Assembly: GCA_017610385.1 (NCBI GenBank)
Contig: JAFCCC010000010.1
Span: forward strand, 1 to 42,590
Direction: 5' to 3'
DNA: 42,590 nucleotides
Origin: Candidatus Nanohalarchaeota archaeon
GTDB lineage: Archaea; Nanohalarchaeota; Nanosalinia; Nanosalinales; JAFCCC01
The notes beneath the pieces were generated by a model. It did not search any database and had not been told where the DNA came from. It was given only the letters and a program-made list of their open reading frames with translations. Each line of letters begins with the position of its first letter. Within the stretch, counting starts at the first letter, position 1. Of the stretch, positions 18,742 through 27,583 are shown one piece after another. A program made the position numbers and the translations under genes.

Positions 18742-19487
18742 TATAATGCACCCTCTTTCATACCAGTCATAGCGATTTGTTTTTCCATTACTTTTACTTT
18801 ATTTAATTTTTTTAGACCGTCGAATGTCGCTTTAATTAGATTTTCTCGGCTATTTGTTGATCCACGAGTTTTCATCCAAAGATCTTTTATTCCTGCTAAT
18901 TTAATCATTTTTTTAGCTTCATCATTGACACACAATCCAATTCCTTTGGGTGCTGGTAATAATATTGCAATAGAAGCACCACAACGTCCTTCTACTTGAA
19001 ATGGAATCGAATGTGATGTTTTACATCCGCATTCCCATGACCCACAACCTCGTCTAATTGAGATTATGTTTACTTTTGCTTTGTTAAGCGCCTTACCAAT
19101 AGCTTCTCTCGTGTCTGTAGCACCCCCTTCTCCTATCCCAATATATCCGTTATTATTTCCAACTACGACCATAGCTCTTGTAGTAAATCGTCTACCAGAC
19201 CTATGCATTCTCGCAGTTTTTTTAGAAATAATTCTCTTTTTACCACCACCTTTTCCAGGTGTGCCACCAATTAATATAATTTGTTCTTCTAAATCTGGCA
19301 AAAGATAATCTACTATTTGTGGTTCTTTAATTACATATGCGTTTTCTAAAATATAGGAAAGATCCTTAATTTCACCACTTTTTACTTTTAAACCCAAAAC
19401 AGTCTTAGGTTTCCAACTCGAAAATCTCTCTTCAAAGGTTTGTTTAACTACTTCCCGTCTTTGACCTCTCCTTCTTCTTCTAATCAT
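18741..19487 (-). CDS. rps5: 30S ribosomal protein S5
   Basis: WKPKTVLG, SGRR, RGCGSWEC, PAPKGIG. Confidence 0.97.
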   Translation of the reverse strand: MIRRRRRGQRREVVKQTFEERFSSWKPKTVLGLKVKSGEIKDLSYILENAYVIKEPQIVDYLLPDLEEQIILIGGTPGKGGGKKRIISKKTARMHRSGRRFTTRAMVVVGNNNGYIGIGEGGATDTREAIGKALNKAKVNIISIRRGCGSWECGCKTSHSIPFQVEGRCGASIAILLPAPKGIGLCVNDEAKKMIKLAGIKDLWMKTRGSTNSRENLIKATFDGLKKLNKVKVMEKQIAMTGMKEGAL

Positions 19488-20034
19488 TTATCTTTGCCTC
19501 TATTTGTTTTTTAGTTTTTTCAAATATTTTTGAAATTTTTTCGCTATCTGATTTTACTTTAGAAAAATTAGTTTTAGAGCTTTTTGCAAAATTTTCAATA
19601 TGTAGCCCTTTGATTCTTTCTTCTGATGGGAAGATTCCTTTTCCGTATGGCAATTCTAACCCCGCATCTATTAATCCTTTAATCGTAGCAAAAATTCGTG
19701 TTCCTTTCTGATTGGTTTGCATTCCCACGTCAACAATTGCATGTTTTATTTTAACTTTTTTTGCTTTTAATCCACAAAGATAACCAGTTAAATATGCTGC
19801 AGGAATGTTTCCTTTACTTGCGTTCCAACCAAACTTTTTTAAATCTCTTGAACTCGCTGCAGCCAAAATTTCGTCTCCTTTTATATTATATTTAATAAGC
19901 TGAACGTTAATTCCATTTACACTTCTTCTAATTACTACTCGTGTTCTTTCAGATACGAGAAGATGTTCTCGAAGTTTATAATTTGTTTTCCTTTCTCGTT
20001 GTCTTCTAAATTTTAAAACATATTTTGAATTCAT
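19480..20034 (-). CDS. rpl18: 50S ribosomal protein L18
   Basis: RRQRERKTNY, NIPAAYLTG, KGLIDAG. Confidence 0.97.
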   Translation of the reverse strand: MNSKYVLKFRRQRERKTNYKLREHLLVSERTRVVIRRSVNGINVQLIKYNIKGDEILAAASSRDLKKFGWNASKGNIPAAYLTGYLCGLKAKKVKIKHAIVDVGMQTNQKGTRIFATIKGLIDAGLELPYGKGIFPSEERIKGLHIENFAKSSKTNFSKVKSDSEKISKIFEKTKKQIEAKIND

Positions 20035-20477
20035 TCTTGTTTCACCTTTTTCTCAATATAAACATCCATATGCTTTTTATTTCTAAAAAATCCACCAGAC
20101 GACATAGAATACAAGTGTCTATAGTCATCTATGTTAATTTTTTCTTCTGTTTTTAGTCTCTTCAAATGCCTTCTCAGTGCTCTAATTTTAGTAATCCACA
20201 AAGTTTTAGAGTTTTTACGGGCGTTTTTAGTGCCTTTTCTATTTCCTTGACCAGTTCTATATCCCTTTTTCTTTTGAATTTTAATTTTTTTTGCTCGTGC
20301 GTTAGATGTTCCAATAATTCGTCTCTTTTTAATTACTCCTGATTCTATTAAATTTCGAATATCTTGTTTCGTTAATGCATTATTTACTCTCTCTAAATAG
20401 TCTGGATTAATCCACACTCTATTTTTTCCTACCTTCAAAATTTTTGATGCAACTACTTTTTGAGTTCTTAAATTCAT
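20031..20477 (-). CDS. rpl19e: 50S ribosomal protein L19e
   Basis: QKVVASKILKVGKNRVW, RKGTKNAR, WITKIRALR. Confidence 0.97.
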   Translation of the reverse strand: MNLRTQKVVASKILKVGKNRVWINPDYLERVNNALTKQDIRNLIESGVIKKRRIIGTSNARAKKIKIQKKKGYRTGQGNRKGTKNARKNSKTLWITKIRALRRHLKRLKTEEKINIDDYRHLYSMSSGGFFRNKKHMDVYIEKKVKQE

Positions 20478-20488
20478 TTTTAATCCTC

Positions 20489-20653
20489 TTAATTATTATT
20501 TAAAATCACTTCTTTTCCTTCATCTAAGACTAAATATTCATTGAATTTTGCATTACATACTGGGCATTTTTTATAATCCCCCTTCTTTTCTCCAAAAGCT
20601 CCGCAAAAGGGACATTTCCTATTTAAATGTTGTAAATATGCCGTATCAATCAT
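20489..20653 (-). CDS. 54-aa Zn-ribbon microprotein (not in ORF track)
   Basis: MIDTAYLQHLNRKCPFCGAFGEKKGDYKKCPVCNAKFNEYLVLDEGKEVILNNN; CPxCG...CPxC; fills the operon gap. Confidence 0.8.
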   Translation of the reverse strand: MIDTAYLQHLNRKCPFCGAFGEKKGDYKKCPVCNAKFNEYLVLDEGKEVILNNN

Positions 20654-20672
20654 TTTTATCACTTTTTTTAAT

Positions 20673-20820
20673 CTCTTTTTCTTCCTTTACTCCTTTTAAA
20701 CCTTCTTTCTTGACTTTATTTTCTGATTCTTTTTTACTGGATTTTAATTCACTTGATTTTTCTATCTTTTCAACTTTCTTTTCCGCTTTCAATTTCGCTC
20801 TTTTTACTTTCCTTTTTAAT
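20673..20820. repeat. Copy 1 of ~150-bp duplicated ribosomal-protein tail block
   Basis: 20673-20787 identical to 23533-23647 (115 bp); 20788-20820 identical to 23669-23701 (33 bp). Confidence 0.95.
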
Positions 20821-21183
20821 GCCTTTTTCTTCGATAATTTTCTTTTTTTCAACTCTTTTTGGATTTAATATTCTAATATTCATTTTTTCAGCTTCTGTCT
20901 CTATATCCTTCCTCTTTTTTAATCCAGTTTTGGAAGAAACTCTAACTACCACTGAATCATCTAGTTTTCTTAATTCAGTAATATTACAAATTAAAACCTC
21001 GGGTTTTCCAGACGGATGCAAATTTCGAGTAGATTTTGGAGATCTATATCCAGATCGTGGATAGTTGCCAGCACCCCGTATTTTTCTTTTAAGTTTACTT
21101 TGTAATCCCTTTGGTTTTCTCCATTTCATACCTAATCTTTTAAATCTGTGTGCATCTTGTCTCAAAAATTTAATTTTACTCAT
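20770..21183 (-). CDS. rpl32e: 50S ribosomal protein L32e with K/E-rich tail
   Basis: FLRQDAHR, WRKPKG, GYRSP, LHPSG; ATG at 21183. Confidence 0.96.
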   Translation of the reverse strand: MSKIKFLRQDAHRFKRLGMKWRKPKGLQSKLKRKIRGAGNYPRSGYRSPKSTRNLHPSGKPEVLICNITELRKLDDSVVVRVSSKTGLKKRKDIETEAEKMNIRILNPKRVEKKKIIEEKGIKKESKKSEIESGKES

Positions 21184-21706
21184 CAGACCACCCCACAGGA
21201 TAAATTCCATCTTGAAACTTTCTTGGATCTCTTCTGCCTTTATAACACGCCTTTTCTAATTTTCCTGCTGTCTGAGATACAAATTCTTTGCTCATTCCCC
21301 GAATTACGATTTCGTTACCATTTACCTTCATTGTAACCCCATCGCTCATGTTAATTTTTCGTGCTTTTCTCTCCCCTAAAAAATTCTGAATTTGAATTTC
21401 ATTACCTTGCACCTTAACAGACATTGGAAAATGTGCAAAAACACATTCCATTTTAAATACAAATTCTTTTTGAACTCCTTGAATCATATTTTTAATTAAA
21501 GCAGTAATTGTTCCTAAAACTGCGAGATCTGTTCTCTTTGCGCTACTGCACTCCAGCTTAATTTTTTTCTCGTTTGAGTTGTACTTTATTGAAATACCAC
21601 TATACTCAAATCGTTTTTTTAATTCTCCAAGGGTACTTCGTATAATAATAAAAGGTAATTCAATTTGGACATCTACGCCCTCTGGAACAATAAGTTCTTT
21701 TCGCAT
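21176..21706 (-). CDS. rpl6: 50S ribosomal protein L6
   Basis: NMIQGV, AHFPM, NFLGE, DPRKFQDGIY. Confidence 0.97.
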   Translation of the reverse strand: MRKELIVPEGVDVQIELPFIIIRSTLGELKKRFEYSGISIKYNSNEKKIKLECSSAKRTDLAVLGTITALIKNMIQGVQKEFVFKMECVFAHFPMSVKVQGNEIQIQNFLGERKARKINMSDGVTMKVNGNEIVIRGMSKEFVSQTAGKLEKACYKGRRDPRKFQDGIYPVGWSDE

Positions 21707-21714
21707 TTTAATCT

Positions 21715-22104
21715 CTAATACACATATGCCAATAATGCGCCTCCTATGCCCTTTTCATGAGCTTCATAATGTGAAATTACTCCTTGAGACGTGGACAAAA
21801 TTAAAATACCAACACCTTTGGCCGGTAAATATCTTTTTTCCCACTTTAAGAATTCTTTATTTTTAATGTAAAATCTTGGTTTAATAATATTACAAGTATT
21901 AATTTCTTTATTGATCTGAACTATAAATTGATCAGCCCCAGAATTTTTAATAAATTCAAATTCGCCTATATAATTCTCTTTTTGCATTACTTTTAAAACA
22001 TCTTTAATTAGATTAGAGGCAGGACTAACTATAACCTCTTTTTTACCTACTCTTCTTGCATTTTTAATCGCACTTAATGCGTCTGCTAATGTATCTTGTT
22101 GCAT
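21715..22104 (-). CDS. rps8: 30S ribosomal protein S8
   Basis: DTLADALSAIKNA, IKPRF, STSQG, GGALLAYVY; ATG at 22104. Confidence 0.97.
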   Translation of the reverse strand: MQQDTLADALSAIKNARRVGKKEVIVSPASNLIKDVLKVMQKENYIGEFEFIKNSGADQFIVQINKEINTCNIIKPRFYIKNKEFLKWEKRYLPAKGVGILILSTSQGVISHYEAHEKGIGGALLAYVY

Positions 22105-22112
22105 TATCTCAC

Positions 22113-22346
22113 CTATGAATATTTCTCGAAACCGAGATCCTCTGCAATTTCTCTGAAGCACTGCCTACAGTAATACAGATTATATTTTCTGATTATTCCT
22201 CGTCCGACTCTTCCGCATCTTCTGCACTTTCTTTTGCCTCTTCCGTAGCCTCTATTTTTTGGCATACTATGTTTCTTAAATCTCTTTTTCTTGTTCTTTT
22301 TATTCTCAATTTGTTTTAAAATTTCCTTATAGCTCAAATCTGTCAC
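22113..22346 (-). CDS. rps14: 30S ribosomal protein S14 (Zn type) with N-terminal extension
   Basis: CRRCG...CRQCFRE...GFEKY. Confidence 0.96.
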   Translation of the reverse strand: MTDLSYKEILKQIENKKNKKKRFKKHSMPKNRGYGRGKRKCRRCGRVGRGIIRKYNLYYCRQCFREIAEDLGFEKYS

Positions 22347-22863
22347 CTTTTTCTACTTTTTCAACAGTAACATTGAAATTATTTCTTATATATTCAATTG
22401 CCTCCTCAGGAGTAATTTTATGCGTTTTACCAATTTTTCTGGGATTTCTTTTTAATTTAATTGAAAACCCAGGCCTTTTTAATGTCACACAAACATCAAA
22501 CCCTAAAATCCCGATCTTTGGATCATATTTCATTCCAGGAACATTCAAATATTCTTCAATACCAAATGAAAAATTTCCCTGTGTATCAAAGCTTTTAATA
22601 TCAATAATCTGCTTGGCCTCAAACATTTTCCGTAAAAATTCAATTGCCTTTTTACCCCTCATCGTTGCTTTAACACCAATATTTAGTCCTGGTCGAATAC
22701 CAAAAGTTCTTGCGGTTCTATTTGCCTTCGTTTTAACAGGTTTAACCCCAGTAATTCTTTCAATTAAGGTATACGCTTTTTCTAATTCTTCACCCGTACT
22801 TTTTAAACCCATATTAACCGTTATTTTACTTACACCAATGGTTCTCATTATATTTTCACTCAT
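22327..22863 (-). CDS. rpl5: 50S ribosomal protein L5
   Basis: [30 protein letters not shown]. Confidence 0.97.
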   Translation of the reverse strand: MSENIMRTIGVSKITVNMGLKSTGEELEKAYTLIERITGVKPVKTKANRTARTFGIRPGLNIGVKATMRGKKAIEFLRKMFEAKQIIDIKSFDTQGNFSFGIEEYLNVPGMKYDPKIGILGFDVCVTLKRPGFSIKLKRNPRKIGKTHKITPEEAIEYIRNNFNVTVEKVEKGDRFEL

Positions 22864-23522
22864 AATGTCAACTCCTCTTTTTCTTTACCAATTACATAAA
22901 CATAGTCTTTTATGGTGTAAAATTCTTCGTCTCCTTTTAATTGAACCTGATTTCCATCGATATTTATAATTTTACTGATTTTTCCTCTATGATTTCCTTT
23001 GAATACAATTGCCAAATTACCTTTTTCAAATAATAATTCTTTTTTGATTTCTTGTTCTGGTATGCTAATTACCAAGGAAGTAAAAGGACGGTATTTCTTG
23101 TCAGATAAAATATTTCTTCCATCATGCAAATTTATTTGGTATTTTCCATTTTTCATAGTTCTTACGCCAGTTACCCTGGCGATTTTTAGTTTAGATTCTT
23201 TATTACTAATTTCTTTTAAGGTAAGACCTTTTTTATCTACAGATACGCGATAATTAAGTTTTATAGATGGCATACTTATGACATCCATCAAACCTACACA
23301 ATATGTATCTTTTCTAACCTTGCCATCAACAAAAACTTCTTTACCATTCAAAATTTTCTTAACTTCTTTTCTTGTATCTGCTAATTTTAAAACATCTCGA
23401 ATAATTATAGAAAGTGCTAATCCATTTTCCTGTTTATGCGGACCTTTTGGCACTACTGTAAACTTCTTGGCCTTTCTTAGTATGGGATAGTGTCTTGGTG
23501 CAGATATTCTTTTAATTTGCAT
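22860..23522 (-). CDS. rps4e: 30S ribosomal protein S4e
   Basis: KRISAP, GPH, VDGKVRKD, VGLMDVI, LHDGRN. Confidence 0.97.
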   Translation of the reverse strand: MQIKRISAPRHYPILRKAKKFTVVPKGPHKQENGLALSIIIRDVLKLADTRKEVKKILNGKEVFVDGKVRKDTYCVGLMDVISMPSIKLNYRVSVDKKGLTLKEISNKESKLKIARVTGVRTMKNGKYQINLHDGRNILSDKKYRPFTSLVISIPEQEIKKELLFEKGNLAIVFKGNHRGKISKIINIDGNQVQLKGDEEFYTIKDYVYVIGKEKEELTL

Positions 23523-23532
23523 TTTTATTCGC

Positions 23533-23701
23533 CTCTTTTTCTTCCTTTACTCCTTTTAAACCTTCTTTCTTGACTTTATTTTCTGATTCTTTTTTACTGG
23601 ATTTTAATTCACTTGATTTTTCTATCTTTTCAACTTTCTTTTCCGCTAGCTTCTTTATTTCCTGTTTTTTCAATTTCGCTCTTTTTACTTTCCTTTTTAA
23701 T
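23533..23701. repeat. Copy 2 of duplicated ribosomal-protein tail block (21-bp insertion relative to copy 1)
   Basis: See 20673-20820. Confidence 0.95.
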
Positions 23702-24154
23702 CTCCTTTGTTTCTGTTTTAGTTTCTTTTTTTGGTTCTTTATTCTTTCTCTCCTTTTTCAAAGATTCTTTAATTTTTTGAGATAGTTTAGACTTCTTAAA
23801 TCTTTTATCATCTTCCATATGTAATGCGGTTACCACGACATTAGAGGGATCAACAGCGACTTTAACTTCAGAACTGTCTCTTTTTTTGGAGACAATTCCA
23901 TTAATATATATCTTATATTTCATTCGATCAACTTCAATAATTTCTCCTGAAATTCCTTTATGGTCTCCTCGTAATACTTTCACATAATCTTTTGTTCTTA
24001 GAGGAACGGCTCTTGAACCTAATTTTTTCCTTAAATCTTTTGAAAGCGTTGCGCTTAATAACTCGTTTCTAATGTGTTTTGGAGCATTTAGCCTGTATTT
24101 TCTTTGTTTTCTTCTATTTTTAGAGCTTATCCAGCTTTTACTCCACGCTTTCAT
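23630..24154 (-). CDS. rpl24: 50S ribosomal protein L24 with K/E-rich tail
   Basis: RKQRK..NAPKH, LSKDLR, KVLRGDHKG, DPSNV. Confidence 0.96.
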   Translation of the reverse strand: MKAWSKSWISSKNRRKQRKYRLNAPKHIRNELLSATLSKDLRKKLGSRAVPLRTKDYVKVLRGDHKGISGEIIEVDRMKYKIYINGIVSKKRDSSEVKVAVDPSNVVVTALHMEDDKRFKKSKLSQKIKESLKKERKNKEPKKETKTETKEIKKESKKSEIEKTGNKEASGKES

Positions 24155-24561
24155 TAATATACCACCCTTGAAATTTTGCCTATGGATATAAATCGTTCTA
24201 CTGCTTCTTTTGCAATAGGTCCCTTAATCTTAGATCCCTTTGGTGTATTTTCCTCAGTTATCATAATTGCAGCATTATCTTCAAATTTAACTCTCATACC
24301 ATCTGCCCTCTGGAATTCTTTTTTTTGCCTTACAATAACCGCCATATGAACATCTCCCTTTAATTTTTCAAGACCTTTTGTCACTCTCACAATAATTTTA
24401 TCCCCAATTCCCGCGCTTAAAAGCCTTCTTCTAACTCCTTTTTTAACTTTAATACCTATGATCTGAAATTCTTTAGCGCCAGAGTTATCAATACATAAAA
24501 TCTTAGATCCAATGGTCAGCCCCTTGGTCATTTTAATTCCAATTGATTTCATGATAATCAC
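24154..24561 (-). CDS. rpl14: 50S ribosomal protein L14
   Basis: DNSGAK, AVIVRQ, FEDNAA, GPIAKE; start may be 24552. Confidence 0.97.
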   Translation of the reverse strand: MIIMKSIGIKMTKGLTIGSKILCIDNSGAKEFQIIGIKVKKGVRRRLLSAGIGDKIIVRVTKGLEKLKGDVHMAVIVRQKKEFQRADGMRVKFEDNAAIMITEENTPKGSKIKGPIAKEAVERFISIGKISRVVY

Positions 24562-24860
24562 AATTTCCTCAATATAACAAATTTAACTGTTTTGGCAATA
24601 GGTCTGCATTCTGCAATTTCTACTTTATCTCCCTCTTTTACGGTAATGCATTCTGGAATGTGTGCTGCAACCCGCGATGTTCTTCTTTCGTATCTTTCAT
24701 ACTTTGGTATTTTTTGTAAGTGTGGCCAAGATACAATCGCTGTCTTATCCATTTTTGCAGAGGTTACTTTACCTACAAACTTCCTCCCACGAGTACTTAG
24801 TGTTCCGTGGAACGGACAGTTTTTATCATTACATTTAATTTTGGTTTCTTTCTCTGTCAT
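24558..24860 (-). CDS. rps17: 30S ribosomal protein S17
   Basis: CNDKNCPFHG, KYERY, ECRPIAKT. Confidence 0.97.
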   Translation of the reverse strand: MTEKETKIKCNDKNCPFHGTLSTRGRKFVGKVTSAKMDKTAIVSWPHLQKIPKYERYERRTSRVAAHIPECITVKEGDKVEIAECRPIAKTVKFVILRKL

Positions 24861-24861
24861 T

Positions 24862-25158
24862 TTAATCTGTTACATATTGCCATTTTTTAGGCAATCTTTT
24901 TTTTAATCTTTCCTCAGGTCTACCAAAAATTAATTGGCCAGAGACCTGGACTTTATCTTTATTTTGTAATGTAAATCGAAATTCACATTGTTTTTTTGGA
25001 ACTCTAATTTCTCTTTTATTCTGCTCTATTATTAACATGTTTCGTGTTTCGTCAATTACCGTCCCTACAAGCCCTTTTATGTTCGGGTCTGTACTTTCCA
25101 CAATCTCAACTGGAAGTCCAATTAATTCATGGCGCGGCAAGTTTTCCGCAGTTCTCAT
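24862..25158 (-). CDS. rnp1: RNase P protein component 1 (Rpp29/POP4)
   Basis: HELIGL, GTVIDETRNML, GRPEER; synteny. Confidence 0.95.
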   Translation of the reverse strand: MRTAENLPRHELIGLPVEIVESTDPNIKGLVGTVIDETRNMLIIEQNKREIRVPKKQCEFRFTLQNKDKVQVSGQLIFGRPEERLKKRLPKKWQYVTD

Positions 25159-25165
25159 GGTTCCT

Positions 25166-25468
25166 TTATTTTATTTTTATTTGGTTTTCCGCAAGTCCGA
25201 GTTTAACCAGCGCCGCTTTAACAGTTCTTTTATGGTTTCCCTGCAATTCTATTACTCCATTTTTTGCAGTTCCGCCACATGCAACCTTGGATTTCAACTG
25301 AGACGCTAATTCTTTTAATTCCGCATCTTTCATGTCGAAACCACTAATCACAGTCACTTCTTTTCCATATCTTCTTTTAACAACGCTGACCTCTATTTTT
25401 TGTGCTTCCCGTTCAATTACGTTACATACACAAATATCTTCCGGTAAACCACATTTAGGACAAATCAT
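25166..25468 (-). CDS. sui1: Translation initiation factor aIF1/SUI1
   Basis: CPKCGLPEDICVC, LKSKVACGGT, IELQGNH. Confidence 0.96.
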   Translation of the reverse strand: MICPKCGLPEDICVCNVIEREAQKIEVSVVKRRYGKEVTVISGFDMKDAELKELASQLKSKVACGGTAKNGVIELQGNHKRTVKAALVKLGLAENQIKIK

Positions 25469-25680
25469 TAATCCTTCTTAACCTCCTTTTTCTGATTTAG
25501 GAATGTATTGATTCTTGCTATGGTTCTCTTAATCTCTTTTAATTTTCCTGGATTTTCAGGCATACCACCAACCTTAAGCTTTCCTCTTTCCTTTGATAAT
25601 TCTAATTTTAATTCTTTTTTCTTTGTTTCAAGGTCTTTAGCACCCATTATTTTTATTTTAGTCATTTTGAGTATTGCCAT
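25468..25680 (-). CDS. rpl29: 50S ribosomal protein L29
   Basis: NPGKLKEIKRTIARINT. Confidence 0.95.
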   Translation of the reverse strand: MAILKMTKIKIMGAKDLETKKKELKLELSKERGKLKVGGMPENPGKLKEIKRTIARINTFLNQKKEVKKD

Positions 25681-25687
25681 TTTCTCA

Positions 25688-26614
25688 CTATCCGGAAACT
25701 CCAGTATTCAAAGTATCTAACAAAGTCTTTCTAGCTTTGCCCCTATTCTCCTGTTTTATTAGTTCTTTACACATACTTACAAATTCTTTTCTGGTCAATT
25801 CAGTTTTCTTTTCCTTTAAAAACGATTTAATTTCTTTAATCTTTTTAGTTAATATCTCTTCAGGAATTTTGACTGTATTCTCTTTCTTATTTTTTTCTTC
25901 TGTTTTTTTGGACTCTTTACTTTTCCCCTCTATTTCTTTCTCTTCAGTATCTTTTTTTATTCCTTTTTCTTCTTCGGTTTTTTTCAATTCCAATGTCTTT
26001 TTCGCTTGTATTTGTTCTAATTGATTTTTTTCGAATCTCTTTCTATAATAATATTCTGGAAGTTCTGTCATAATTCTTACTGTTACTCCAATAGTTCCTG
26101 GTTTAGTAACTGCAGTCGCCTTCGCAATTTCTACATATTCTTTTGCAGAGCCACCGCATCGTTTAACGCATCCAGATTTTATTTTTACTGTCCTTTTTCT
26201 TTCTCCTGATAATTTCCCGCTAATTTCAACCTGTGCACCAATCGCACCAGCACTCATTATTCTTTTTAAATAAGTACTTGCTACTCTTTTTGCATTGCCC
26301 CCTTTTTCTAACCAGCCGGCAATGTTCTTTGTGACTACTTTTGCATCTAAATCTACTTTTATAACCTCTTCTGCTTCAACTACTGGATTTTCAATATTAA
26401 AATTGTTCTTCAAAGCCTCTATTAATTTATTAATCTTTTCTCCACCACGACCAATAACTATACCCGGTTTTTGAGCTCTAATAATGATTCTTGTGCTCGT
26501 TGGAGTTTTATAAATAAAGATTTTACTGTAATTAGCTCGATCTAATTGTTTTTCCAAAAACTCTTCTAATCGTGCGTGTTCAATCCCTTTTTTTACGAAA
26601 TCTTTTTCAATCAT
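25688..26614 (-). CDS. rps3: 30S ribosomal protein S3 with long K/E linker and extra C-terminal helical domain
   Basis: KPGIVIGRGG, GAIGAQVEISGKL, GTIGVTVRI. Confidence 0.97.
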   Translation of the reverse strand: MIEKDFVKKGIEHARLEEFLEKQLDRANYSKIFIYKTPTSTRIIIRAQKPGIVIGRGGEKINKLIEALKNNFNIENPVVEAEEVIKVDLDAKVVTKNIAGWLEKGGNAKRVASTYLKRIMSAGAIGAQVEISGKLSGERKRTVKIKSGCVKRCGGSAKEYVEIAKATAVTKPGTIGVTVRIMTELPEYYYRKRFEKNQLEQIQAKKTLELKKTEEEKGIKKDTEEKEIEGKSKESKKTEEKNKKENTVKIPEEILTKKIKEIKSFLKEKKTELTRKEFVSMCKELIKQENRGKARKTLLDTLNTGVSG

Positions 26615-27018
26615 TTTTCCTTTACCTTAATTTTAATATGCGTCATTTTAGGCAATCGTCCAGCATTTCTTTTTGGTGTTCTAAATTGCCTTCCCGTATT
26701 TACGATAGTTTCTGCAATATACAGTTTTTCACTTAGACCTGCATATTTTGCATTTTCTATTGCGCTTTTTATTAATTTTAAAAATTCTCCAGCAGCTTTA
26801 ACAGGATATCGTCCCAATTGTCCCCCAGTTCTATGTCCCGCATTGCTTTTGAATCGTTTAATTGGAACATATTGTTCTTTTTTGACAACTCCTTGTAACT
26901 GAACAATTGCTTTTTCCGTGGATTTTCCCTTGATAAATCTCGCAATTTCTACAGAATACTTTCTAGAGATTCTTAAATTCCTTCCGATTGCAATCGCGGA
27001 GTTATCTTCTTTTATCAT
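26611..27018 (-). CDS. rpl22: 50S ribosomal protein L22
   Basis: ISRKYSVEI, GRYPVKAA, SAIENA. Confidence 0.96.
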   Translation of the reverse strand: MIKEDNSAIAIGRNLRISRKYSVEIARFIKGKSTEKAIVQLQGVVKKEQYVPIKRFKSNAGHRTGGQLGRYPVKAAGEFLKLIKSAIENAKYAGLSEKLYIAETIVNTGRQFRTPKRNAGRLPKMTHIKIKVKEK

Positions 27019-27029
27019 TTTTCACCTGA

Positions 27030-27195
27030 CCTTCTGAAAGATCAATCCTCACGTAAAACTCTTACGAGTTTTCCTATGTTGTGAACAAAGTTCACAAGTA
27101 CAGCCAGTTGCAAGCAACTCACCGCCAAGCATTTGAGCCCATAGACTAAAACACCGTATTTGGTCAAACTTCGTTAAGTTTGCTCTTCTCATAAT
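27030..27195 (-). other. Multi-hairpin structured intergenic element (or 47-aa ORF 27049-27192) between rps19 and rpl22
   Basis: Inverted repeats AAAACTC/GAGTTTT, TTGTGAAC/GTTCACAA, AGTTGC/GCAACT, CAAACTT/AAGTTTG. Confidence 0.55.
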
Positions 27196-27200
27196 TTTGC

Positions 27201-27578
27201 TTATTTTAATGGTACAAATTTCGAGGATCTTGTAGCACCTAGACCCGGAGCAGAGTGTAAAGTTCTTCTTCTACTCATAGCAAATTCACCTAAATAGTGA
27301 CCAACCATCAGCGCTTTAATTTCCACATTCATAAATTCTTTTCCATTGAATATTCCAACTACTTTACCAATCATTTCTGGGATAATAATCATGTCTCTAA
27401 CATGTGTTTTGGCAGATCCTTTTTTTCTTAGTTTAAGCAACAATCTTTTTTGTTGATCAGTTAAACCTCTTTTTAAAGACCGTCTTATTCTTGAAGGCAT
27501 TAATTCTGCAAATTCATCCAAGTTCATATTTTTTAATTGCTCTTCTGTTTTACCGTAAATTTTTAGTTCTTCTGCCAT
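27201..27578 (-). CDS. rps19: 30S ribosomal protein S19
   Basis: [32 protein letters not shown]. Confidence 0.98.
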   Translation of the reverse strand: MAEELKIYGKTEEQLKNMNLDEFAELMPSRIRRSLKRGLTDQQKRLLLKLRKKGSAKTHVRDMIIIPEMIGKVVGIFNGKEFMNVEIKALMVGHYLGEFAMSRRRTLHSAPGLGATRSSKFVPLK

Positions 27579-27583
27579 TTATT

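Noticed and set aside
20646-20852. 68-aa Lys-rich ORF as a standalone gene
   Set aside because: TTG start inside rpl32e; better explained as the +1-frame tail (see finding)
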